Assembly: GCA_016839785.1 (NCBI GenBank)
Contig: JAEOTQ010000159.1
Span: forward strand, 1 to 10,021
Length of the DNA: 10,021 nt
Source of the DNA: Candidatus Hodarchaeota archaeon
GTDB lineage: Archaea > Asgardarchaeota > Heimdallarchaeia > Hodarchaeales > Hodarchaeaceae
Direction of reading: 5' to 3'
The position numbers and the translations under genes are program-made. The notes below the pieces were generated by a model. It searched no databases. It had not been told where the DNA came from and saw only the letters and a program-made list of their open reading frames with translations. The stretch's first letter is position 1. Each line of letters opens with the position of its first letter. Shown piece by piece: positions 1 through 6,944 of this stretch.

Positions 1-520
1 AAGTTGACTTTACTGCGCTTATTTGAGCTTCCTGTTCCTTCTTATTTGATGATACGGTAATAAAGCGTTCTATCCAGTCGTCTGGATGGTCAATAAAGAA
101 ATTTACTTCGCTACCTAGAGACTCAGTTAAAAATTCATTCCTACCGCGAATCTTTCTCATCTCTGTAGCTAATAGAAGAACGAATTCCTTCTTGATATTT
201 CTCGTATTGAGGAGATCAAAAATATTCTGAAACAGTGGGCTATTCTTCATAGATCGATCAGTATACTCACTATGTCCTTTCTTGAATTGTTTATCCAAAA
301 ATTGACTATCCTGCTCTAAATAAAATCTAATTTCAGATAGTTTTACTTTCTTATTCTCAGACTCAATTAAATTCAAGGAATTCTTAAGGATTCTTTGACG
401 TTTATAATCTTGTAGAAGTTTTCTAATAAGAAAAAATGTTAGTACAACCAATAAAACCCAAATAAAGATATAGAAGTAAAATGAAAAAATTAAATCTACG
501 AAATCTATCGCTAAACTCAT
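1..520 (-). CDS. Hypothetical membrane-anchored protein of the MoxR operon (partial, 3' end beyond window)
   Basis: Not in the ORF track because it has no stop inside the window. Hand translation from ATG 520-518: MSLAIDFVDLIFSFYFYIFIWVLLVVLTFFLIRKLLQDYKRQRILKNS..., open to position 1 (at least 173 codons). One N-terminal hydrophobic helix followed by a basic patch. The ATG overlaps the TGA of the upstream gene (ATGA, 517-520). Confidence 0.8.
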   Translation of the reverse strand, partial: MSLAIDFVDLIFSFYFYIFIWVLLVVLTFFLIRKLLQDYKRQRILKNSLNLIESENKKVKLSEIRFYLEQDSQFLDKQFKKGHSEYTDRSMKNSPLFQNIFDLLNTRNIKKEFVLLLATEMRKIRGRNEFLTESLGSEVNFFIDHPDDWIERFITVSSNKKEQEAQISAVKST

Positions 521-1410
521 TCTTCTTCCTCCAATGGATCGACATCAACCTTAGAAGACTCAAAAATAATCTTTTTGGAGAAAACTTTTGCCCGATGGAC
601 TAGGTTTTCTGAGATAATATGCTCAGAAAATTTTGCTTCAGTAAAAAGATTGGTAAGTTCACTAAAGTCGTCATTCGTGGTTAATTTCTTTTCTTCTACA
701 TCTAGTTCGAATTCTTTTGCGGTGAGATGATCAGATTTATCCGCACCTTGTCCTTCTAAATGATCTGAGGTTTGATAATAACATTCAATTATGTTTTTTG
801 GAGCACCTTCAAATTCTTTAATGATTTTTTGATCCTCTTCTGGTGGTACAAATGGTTCAGAATGTTCTATCTGCTTTTTTCTTCCTGTTCTAAGAATAAT
901 GATTGCTGATACCAATATGAGAACGATAAAAAATGAATTTTGAATATCACCGAGCATAGGTAGTGCCAAGAGAGGTTCTCTTGTTAAACGTGTCGTAGTT
1001 GTAGTTTCCGAACTATCTGTAAGAGTTATATCCGTTTCAGTTATAATTGTGGAACTCAGGGGCATGGTTGTGGTTGTTTCAAATGGATTAAAATCTTCGG
1101 GTGTGTAATCATTCCCTGTTATCAATGAAGCCATCATAAAAATGAGTAACATTCCGACTAACCAAATTGAAATGGGTTTGAAAATACGAAAAGGAAACTC
1201 TAACTTTAGAAGAATCCAAATTAATATTAGGAGAGGAATAGCAATTGCAATTAGTTCAAAAATTGGAAGATTCAGTTGTAGAACAGGATTTTCCTCCCTT
1301 CTTCCATGCAGTAATTCCATCGTTATTTGAAAAATCGCTAAACTAAGGAGTAAAAATATGATAAGAAAGGTTTCCTTTCTCCTGAGCGATTCTAAACGTT
1401 TGTCGACCAA
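517..1410 (-). CDS. DUF4129-domain membrane protein (MoxR operon accessory)
   Basis: 297 aa, TTG start 2 nt after the moxR stop. About four hydrophobic helices and a Thr-rich loop. The C-terminal IIECYY...LTAKEF...LTNLFTEAKFSEHII matches the DUF4129 pattern (T.xEF, LT.LF..A.(Y/F)S.H), a family typical of moxR/DUF58 clusters. Confidence 0.75.
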   Translation of the reverse strand: MVDKRLESLRRKETFLIIFLLLSLAIFQITMELLHGRREENPVLQLNLPIFELIAIAIPLLILIWILLKLEFPFRIFKPISIWLVGMLLIFMMASLITGNDYTPEDFNPFETTTTMPLSSTIITETDITLTDSSETTTTTRLTREPLLALPMLGDIQNSFFIVLILVSAIIILRTGRKKQIEHSEPFVPPEEDQKIIKEFEGAPKNIIECYYQTSDHLEGQGADKSDHLTAKEFELDVEEKKLTTNDDFSELTNLFTEAKFSEHIISENLVHRAKVFSKKIIFESSKVDVDPLEEEE

Positions 1411-1412
1411 TA

Positions 1413-2372
1413 CTATTCTTTCCTAGGAGCTTTAACTTTAGTTAAAATCCTTGAAATAACCTCTTCGGACGAACCACCTGCAATAAAAGATCCAATCTCT
1501 AGAATTATCCTGTGTGATAAGGTAAGAGATGCTAATTCTTTGACATCTTGGGGTATTACATAATCTCTACCACTAAGTACTGCATTGGCCCTTGCCAGTG
1601 CCATAAGATCTAAAGAACCTCGAGGAGAAGCCCCCACTCTTACTTGAGGTGCTTTACGAGTTTGATCTACAATATCAACGATATAATCCTTGATTTCATC
1701 AGAAACTGAGACAGTTTCCACCACTTGTTGCATCTTTCGAAAAATACCTTTCGTGATAATTTGTGGTAATGAAAAAGATTTTGTTTTACGTCTAATTCGA
1801 TTAGTGAGTATAGTTGCTTCATCTGCCTTTGATGGATAGCCAACTCGAATTTTAGCTAGAAATCGATCTACTTGCGCCTCAGGAAGAGCGAATGTGCCTT
1901 CCAGCTCAAGAGGGTTTTGTGTTGCAACTACTAAGAACGGTTTTTCAGAGCTAACAAGCTGGAATGTCTTACCTCCAATGGATACTTGGTATTCTCCCAT
2001 TGCTTCTAAAAGAGCGCTTTGTGTTTTAGGAGTTGCCCGATTGATTTCATCAGCTAAAATAATATCTGCAAATAAAGGGCCAGGTTTGAATTCAAAGTCG
2101 TTAACTTTTTGATTATAAATTTCAGAGCCAGTAAGGTCCTGAGGAAGTAAATCTGGAGTAAATTGGATACGATTGAAATCACATCCGAGAACAGATGCAA
2201 AAGATCTACAAATCATAGTTTTAGCGAGTCCTGGATAATCCTCAAATAAAATATGACCATCTGCGAGAAGACAAAGCATAACATGCCGTAATACCGAGTC
2301 TTTACCAATGATATGATTGCTAATTTCACTTAAAATGTTGTTACAGGTTTCAACGGCTTCTTGGATATCCAT
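1413..2372 (-). CDS. moxR: MoxR-family AAA+ ATPase (MoxR proper subfamily)
   Basis: 319 aa. Walker A variant GHILFEDYPGLAKT, RIQFTPDLLPQD, Walker B ILADEINRATPKTQSALLEAM, ATQNPLELEGTFALPEAQVDRF, and lid GASPRGS. Confidence 0.96.
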   Translation of the reverse strand: MDIQEAVETCNNILSEISNHIIGKDSVLRHVMLCLLADGHILFEDYPGLAKTMICRSFASVLGCDFNRIQFTPDLLPQDLTGSEIYNQKVNDFEFKPGPLFADIILADEINRATPKTQSALLEAMGEYQVSIGGKTFQLVSSEKPFLVVATQNPLELEGTFALPEAQVDRFLAKIRVGYPSKADEATILTNRIRRKTKSFSLPQIITKGIFRKMQQVVETVSVSDEIKDYIVDIVDQTRKAPQVRVGASPRGSLDLMALARANAVLSGRDYVIPQDVKELASLTLSHRIILEIGSFIAGGSSEEVISRILTKVKAPRKE

Positions 2373-2383
2373 TGTAGAAGGAT

Positions 2384-2388
2384 CCTCC
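2384..2388 (-). promoter_or_regulatory. Shine-Dalgarno site (GGAGG) for moxR
   Basis: Minus strand reads TAGGAGGATCCTTCTACA-ATG; GGAGG lies 11 nt before the start codon. Confidence 0.55.
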
Positions 2389-2494
2389 TATATAGAGCGT
2401 TTTATAGGAGAGGAATTTCAGGATTTCGGCTGATGCATTTTTGAAAAGGATAAAATAGGTTTGTTTTCACAAATCTCTAGACCTATACCGTTGG

Positions 2495-2515
2495 ATAAAA
2501 AAATAAGGGAAAATT
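2495..2515 (-). terminator. Possible archaeal oligo-T terminator of the 2557-3402 gene
   Basis: Pyrimidine/T tract TTTTCCCTTATTTTTTTAT about 45-60 nt after the stop codon on the minus strand. Weak evidence in AT-rich DNA. Confidence 0.3.
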
Positions 2516-2556
2516 GATAGGAAATACCAGATTTCTTTACTAAAAATTGTATTAAT

Positions 2557-3402
2557 CTATCCTTTTCTCTTTCTATGCACAAGACTAACAGTTCCTAATA
2601 CTATTAAACTGAGTAGACCAGAACTTGGGCTGATTTCAGGGATAGTTGTCGTCGTTGTTAGTGTACTATTGTCATCAGCTGTTTCTGTACTGTCGCTCTC
2701 TGTAGTCGAATCATCTGTTGAGGTTGTCGTCGTTGTCGTACTTTCTTCAGTCGTGGTATAAGTCGTTGGTTTTTCAGTGGTTTCAGTTGTTGTTGTTTCG
2801 ACATAGTTTATATCCCGCATGTCAATTGCCATCAATAAAGAACCACCAGCTGTCATTGTGGCTACATATGAATATAACCAACCTGTGCTACGGTGAAACA
2901 CGTAAACACCATCAGTGACATCTCCTGAATTATCCGAATATTGTACAATCGTTATAAAATTTGAGTCGGCCGTAACTGTGTATTCAGAAGATTTCAAATT
3001 CTCTGTTAATAACGTAACATTTATTGTAGTATAGAAAAACGGCATTTGAATATCTGCACGCGAATCGTTATATTCATTTTCATATGCTAGGCTTCCATTA
3101 GCATAATTCACGGTTTCCAAAAAATAGCACATATCTGAAGTGATATCAGCGACATAATAATACATCTTTGATCCAATTTCTAAATTTGTTAGTTCTGAAT
3201 CAATATAATGAATTTCTAAAGTATGCGTATCCCCCTTACTTAATCCTATTTCATAATATGCGGGATCGAATAGTCCAGATACATAATCAATGGAATTTCA
3301 ATTTTCTAGTGAGCTGCTTTGAGTAGAAATTACCACTGTGGTTATTAAGACGAATATTGCAGAAGTGGTTAGAAATTTCAAAAATAAATTACATTTCTTC
3401 AT
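2557..3402 (-). pseudogene. Secreted Thr-rich surface protein with C-terminal anchor, interrupted by one in-frame TGA (codon 35, 3298-3300); pseudogene, sequencing error or readthrough
   Basis: The track ORF 2557-3165 extends in frame to ATG 3402: MKKCNLFLKFLTTSAIFVLITTVVISTQSSSLEN*NSIDYVSGLFDPAYYEIGLSKGDTHTLEIHYIDSELTNLEIGSK-MYYYVAD... It has a signal-peptide-like N-terminus, GAGGA 6 nt upstream, a Thr-rich stalk, and ends SPSSGLLSLIVLGTVSLVHRKRKG (hydrophobic helix plus basic tail). 281 codons if read through. Confidence 0.8.
2644..2796 (-). repeat. Low-complexity Thr-codon (ACN) tract encoding a Thr/Ser/acidic stalk
   Basis: Encodes TTTTETTEKPTTYTTTEESTTTTTTSTDDSTTESDSTETADDNSTLTTTTT. Confidence 0.8.
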
Positions 3403-3408
3403 TTAGAG

Positions 3409-3456
3409 TCCTCGAGTCTCATAATCGTTTAATTGGATATTTTAAGCTTCTTTTTC
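3409..3456 (-). promoter_or_regulatory. Putative archaeal promoter (purine-rich BRE plus TATA box) and RBS for the gene starting at 3402
   Basis: Minus strand GAAAAAGAAGC-TTAAAATA (3456-3438), then GAGGA (3413-3409) 6 nt before the ATG. Confidence 0.45.
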
Positions 3457-3552
3457 ATCGAATTTTCCCTACATAACCTGCTTGGTTTTTATCCAGAGAT
3501 TTCCAGCACCTTCTTAAAAGGACACAGAAGAGAATTTCTAACATTCTAGAAA

Positions 3553-3621
3553 CTATGCTACCATCCAGCCTCAAATATCCGCTCTTCGCCAGCGTTAATA
3601 TACCCAAATCCAAGTTTGGAT
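3553..3621 (-). pseudogene. Decayed copy of the 3' end of the E2-like gene (degenerate direct repeat of 4790-4858)
   Basis: Ungapped hand alignment gives 54/69 identical nt (48/58 for 3564-3621 vs 4801-4858). Translates IQTWIWVY*RWRRADI*GWMVA* versus IQTWIWAYCRWRKVGIWDWKEA*, with the terminal stop at the equivalent position. Confidence 0.9.
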
Positions 3622-3764
3622 TGATAAAAGCTTGAGATAAATGAATATAACTAGATGTAATTCGTTTAAAAAGTAATCTTCATGTGAATTTTTGATGAAA
3701 TCATTTTTATTCTCCACGGGCATATCAATTTCTATATTATTTTGAGGCAAAGGATTGGGATAAA

Positions 3765-4781
3765 ATGCAATTATCTAAAAATTGGAGAAATAAAATCGGT
3801 TTATCACTTCTCTTCTTAATATTCTTTACATATACAATATCTAATTCTGACTCAAACGATTCAATCATGGGAATTTCTGATTTAAAAACAATGAATTCAG
3901 AATTTACATATCTTACTGATTTTATTGGGAATTGGAGTAATTTGGAGAGTTTACCTGCCAATAGTCGTTTTTTTACTAATTATGAGATAAATTCAGATAT
4001 TGAGATGTTTAATTCTCCAACTTTTGAGTTAACTGGGAATGGAGTTCTAAGCTTTAACCTCACAACGCATGATTATGAGTTTAACTTAACTCAAAACCAA
4101 TCTTTGCTGTTTAATTGGATGGATTATGGCGCTCTCAATGATGCCACATACATTGGAGTTGTACTTCGTTTCAGAACAGAATCTAACGAGATTACAACAG
4201 TATACATTGGTAAATTTTATTCAGGATCATATAGCAATACGACAACAAGTGTATTGAAGTTTGCGTCTCCCAGCATAGAATTAGGTACTCTTTGGGAACA
4301 GTGGGGTATAGAAATAGATACATTTCTGCAGTTTTGGAATACAAGCTATCTTACTCTGACTCAGATTAATTATATCCATCAGAGTACTGTTTCTTATAAT
4401 GGCCCACGATTCGTTCGTTATACGCAACCTTTACTTGTAGATATCCTCCCATCATCTATTAGAAAAGATGGCTCTTTCCTTGATATAATACCTGCAAATG
4501 AAACGGCTACAACCACAACTACAACCGTTGAAACGACTTTTCCAACGACTACAACAACAACGCTTGATACAACGCTCGATACTAACACATCAACTCCGAG
4601 TTCGTCATCAACCGAGTCGTCTACCACAATTTCCCATTCAAATACATCTTCTGATATTACTGATTCTCTGATTAGCGAGTATTCCGAAAATTCCGATTTA
4701 ATTGGAGGATATTCCAGTTTGATTGTATTGTTTACTTTAATAAGCCTGATATTCATCAAGAGGAGAAAATTAAAAGCTTAA
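3765..4781 (+). CDS. Secreted, probably glycosylated surface protein with Thr/Ser-rich stalk and C-terminal membrane anchor (CTERM-like)
   Basis: 338 aa. N-terminal basic plus hydrophobic segment (KIGLSLLFLIFFTYTIS), an aromatic-rich, probably beta-rich domain with many N-x-S/T sequons (NWS, NLT, NQS, NTT, NTS, NET), a Thr/Ser stalk, and C-terminus IGGYSSLIVLFTLISLIFIKRRKLKA. Confidence 0.85.
   Translation: MQLSKNWRNKIGLSLLFLIFFTYTISNSDSNDSIMGISDLKTMNSEFTYLTDFIGNWSNLESLPANSRFFTNYEINSDIEMFNSPTFELTGNGVLSFNLTTHDYEFNLTQNQSLLFNWMDYGALNDATYIGVVLRFRTESNEITTVYIGKFYSGSYSNTTTSVLKFASPSIELGTLWEQWGIEIDTFLQFWNTSYLTLTQINYIHQSTVSYNGPRFVRYTQPLLVDILPSSIRKDGSFLDIIPANETATTTTTTVETTFPTTTTTTLDTTLDTNTSTPSSSSTESSTTISHSNTSSDITDSLISEYSENSDLIGGYSSLIVLFTLISLIFIKRRKLKA
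4503..4629 (+). repeat. Low-complexity Thr/Ser-codon tract including a 12-bp near-tandem repeat
   Basis: Encodes TATTTTTTVETTFPTTTTTTLDTTLDTNTSTPSSSSTESSTT; acaacgcttgat/acaacgctcgat at 4557-4580. Confidence 0.75.
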
Positions 4782-4789
4782 ACTGTCAG

Positions 4790-5197
4790 TTAGGCCTCCT
4801 TCCAATCCCAAATACCCACTTTTCGCCAGCGACAATATGCCCAAATCCAGGTTTGGATCAAGATTGCTGCATCATAGGAGGTGAAGGTAAAATGCCAATC
4901 TTTCTGAGGACGTAAATAACAGATTTCGGTATGACCGTATTCATCTGTTCCGTAAATATGATGAGTTCGGCTGGAAATGGTGGGTTCCATGATCCATGCT
5001 CGGGGTGGTGAGTTGGGATAATTGTGAGGAAATTCAATAAGTACTGTAAATGTACCATGCGCATATTGTCCAGTAGTTGAATATTTGACTTGAACAGCGA
5101 TATTTCCATTATCTAAGTAGTAAAACGCTTTTCGGGTTAATCCAGGGAATACTCCCCTCAATTCATGTAATTCGTTTTCAACAGTCCTTCTCAACAT
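4790..5197 (-). CDS. E2/UBC-fold (ubiquitin-conjugating-like) protein, paralog B
   Basis: 135 aa. N-terminal helix (VENELHEL), GTFTVLIEFPHNYPNSPP (UBC F.l.i.FP..YP..PP motif), HHIY...G...ICYL with putative catalytic Cys93, then DW and a C-terminal W..Y..W.....W motif. Confidence 0.85.
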   Translation of the reverse strand: MLRRTVENELHELRGVFPGLTRKAFYYLDNGNIAVQVKYSTTGQYAHGTFTVLIEFPHNYPNSPPRAWIMEPTISSRTHHIYGTDEYGHTEICYLRPQKDWHFTFTSYDAAILIQTWIWAYCRWRKVGIWDWKEA

Positions 5198-5227
5198 TTT
5201 TCTTCCCTTTTTTCATGTCTGTTGCTC

Positions 5228-5662
5228 TTAAAATATGTGATCTAGCACACCAGCTTCTGGCCAGTCCCATACACTTGTTCTTGTCCACTTACAATAAGTT
5301 TTTAGCCAAATTTCAACCATGAGTGCCGTTTCATATGAGCTATAATTCATATGCCAGTCTTTCTTTGGGCGGAGATAACAAATGCTAGCATGGCCTTCTT
5401 TATCCCATCCGTAGACATGAGGGGCATTTTTAGGGATTCTAGGTTTTTGAATCCACACAAGAGGAGACCCTACTGGATAATTATAGGGAAATTCAATAAG
5501 CACGTCAAAATGTCCACACGCATATTTCCCAGTAGTAAGAAAGCTAACTTGAACACATTTATTTTTATTTTCAAGTTGAAGGAAGTCTTTTTTATGTAAA
5601 TCAGGGAACATTTTTTTTAATTTCTCTAATTCCCTATCGACTAAATTTCCTCTTAGTGACAT
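5228..5662 (-). CDS. E2/UBC-fold (ubiquitin-conjugating-like) protein, paralog A
   Basis: Start re-called to ATG 5662 (MSLRGNLVDRELEKL, 144 aa). This aligns with paralog B, follows AAAGGAAG, and removes the overlap with E1. Motifs: GHFDVLIEFPYNYPVGSP and PHVY...G...ICYL (Cys95). 64/135 identical to paralog B by ungapped hand alignment. Confidence 0.85.
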   Translation of the reverse strand: MSLRGNLVDRELEKLKKMFPDLHKKDFLQLENKNKCVQVSFLTTGKYACGHFDVLIEFPYNYPVGSPLVWIQKPRIPKNAPHVYGWDKEGHASICYLRPKKDWHMNYSSYETALMVEIWLKTYCKWTRTSVWDWPEAGVLDHIF

Positions 5663-5678
5663 GAGTTTTCTTCCTTTA

Positions 5679-6944
5679 TTAAATATGTCTACGAGGACTA
5701 GTATCGTCCTTGTCTTCATCTAGGGTTGCTTTAACCTGTGCTCCATGAAAGGGGCATTCCTTATTTTTTTCTAAATCCTCATAGTAACAGAGTTCGAGGC
5801 CTTCAAATTTAATTACATCTGTACTCGGTTTGAATATAGTTCTATTGTACCAGAGGTAAAAATTAAACGGAAACTGGTATAGCCCGTGTTCATGACCTTC
5901 TAAAAGGGTTGCTAAGCTATACTTTGCGAGAAGAATCGTCAGATTATCAATGTCTAAACCCAATCCAGGTTGTGCTAGTTGTTCCTGCATTGATCGATCG
6001 TACACAATTTTCTTTTCCAGTTCATTCGTTGTGGGAATGCTGCCTCCAGTAGCTCCATCTGTTAAAGGATAGGCAATTGAATCAGCATACACACAGTGAT
6101 AACACAAGTCATCTTCACGCGGATCAACTTTAAACATTAATCCTCCTTTCACTCCCTCAAATGTTCCTGCATAAATAATTGGAAATTTCAAATTATTGGT
6201 GTGGACAAAATCATTTACGGAGAAATTAACATCATGTTCTCCAGAAACAGCTATCAATAGATCAATATCAGAAAATAATTCTAAGAAATGATCAGCATCG
6301 GCTTTTGTGTGAATAATGAATTTCTGTTCTAATGTTTGGATCTTTACACTCGGAATTCTATTGTGAATATAATCCTTCACTGCCTTTGTCTTATATCTTC
6401 CCAGCTGCGTTAGATCTGAAATGTGTCGAATGATATTATGGACTTCAAGTCTATCATCATCTATAAAGATAAAATCTCTAATTCCCGATTTCGCAAGATA
6501 CAAAGCCAGAAGTGACCCACCTGACCCCAGTCCAAGAATAGCTACTTTTTTTAGGCTTAATATTTTCAAAGGAGTCTCTTCTTGATCGATACGTACAAAT
6601 AAGCGGTTGAGATCGATCGGTTCTATGTCAACTTCTAAAATAACTTCTACATCTTCTTTGCTTTTATGAAGTTCCACTTTGGAGATTTTAAGGGATTCTG
6701 AATCAAGTATTAGGTTAATAAATGGATAATTGAGAGAAAATTTGGAATTTGTGGCTTCGGTCGAAAGGTAGCCAATTTGTATTACATCTTTGCTTGTGGG
6801 TGTCAATCCAATAAAGTGAAAAACAGTAAAATCGTCAAATATTCTTCCATATATTGGGAAGGGGTCTTCTTGGATTACAAGTTTGTCTAATTCAAACTTA
6901 AATTCAGGGTACATTAAGAAATTCATTTTTATCACATTATTCAT
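5679..6944 (-). CDS. ThiF/MoeB/E1-like adenylyltransferase with ~115-aa N-terminal extra domain
   Basis: 421 aa. KVAILGLGSGG (GxGxxG, 138-143), IDDDRLEVHNIIRH (162-174), GRYK185, Zn-site-like CYHC (281-284) and CPFH (397-400), QPGLGLDI. The start overlaps the JAB gene stop by 8 nt (ATGAATAA). Confidence 0.92.
   Translation of the reverse strand: MNNVIKMNFLMYPEFKFELDKLVIQEDPFPIYGRIFDDFTVFHFIGLTPTSKDVIQIGYLSTEATNSKFSLNYPFINLILDSESLKISKVELHKSKEDVEVILEVDIEPIDLNRLFVRIDQEETPLKILSLKKVAILGLGSGGSLLALYLAKSGIRDFIFIDDDRLEVHNIIRHISDLTQLGRYKTKAVKDYIHNRIPSVKIQTLEQKFIIHTKADADHFLELFSDIDLLIAVSGEHDVNFSVNDFVHTNNLKFPIIYAGTFEGVKGGLMFKVDPREDDLCYHCVYADSIAYPLTDGATGGSIPTTNELEKKIVYDRSMQEQLAQPGLGLDIDNLTILLAKYSLATLLEGHEHGLYQFPFNFYLWYNRTIFKPSTDVIKFEGLELCYYEDLEKNKECPFHGAQVKATLDEDKDDTSPRRHI

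Noticed and set aside
1142-2918. Short + strand ORFs 1142-1330, 1894-2112 and 2718-2918
   Set aside because: Antisense shadows inside well-supported minus-strand genes, with no recognisable motifs.
3607-3622. Inverted repeat AATCCAA-GT-TTGGATT as an operator
   Set aside because: Largely explained as part of the E2 gene remnant: the IQTWI codons give nearly the same symmetry at 4844-4858.
4781-4791. Mini-palindrome AACTGTCAGTT between the convergent stop codons as a terminator
   Set aside because: Only 5-bp arms around 1 nt, so it cannot form a stable hairpin, and there is no T tract.
3737-5599. ORFs 3737-3961(-), 4418-4759(-), 4858-5109(-) and 5351-5599(+)
   Set aside because: They overlap better-supported genes. 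The poly-Val in 4418-4759 is just the reverse complement of the Thr-codon tract.
5663-5719. 19-aa N-terminal extension of E2 paralog A in the ORF track
   Set aside because: It overlaps the E1 3' end. ATG 5662 aligns with paralog B and has a purine-rich RBS-like leader.
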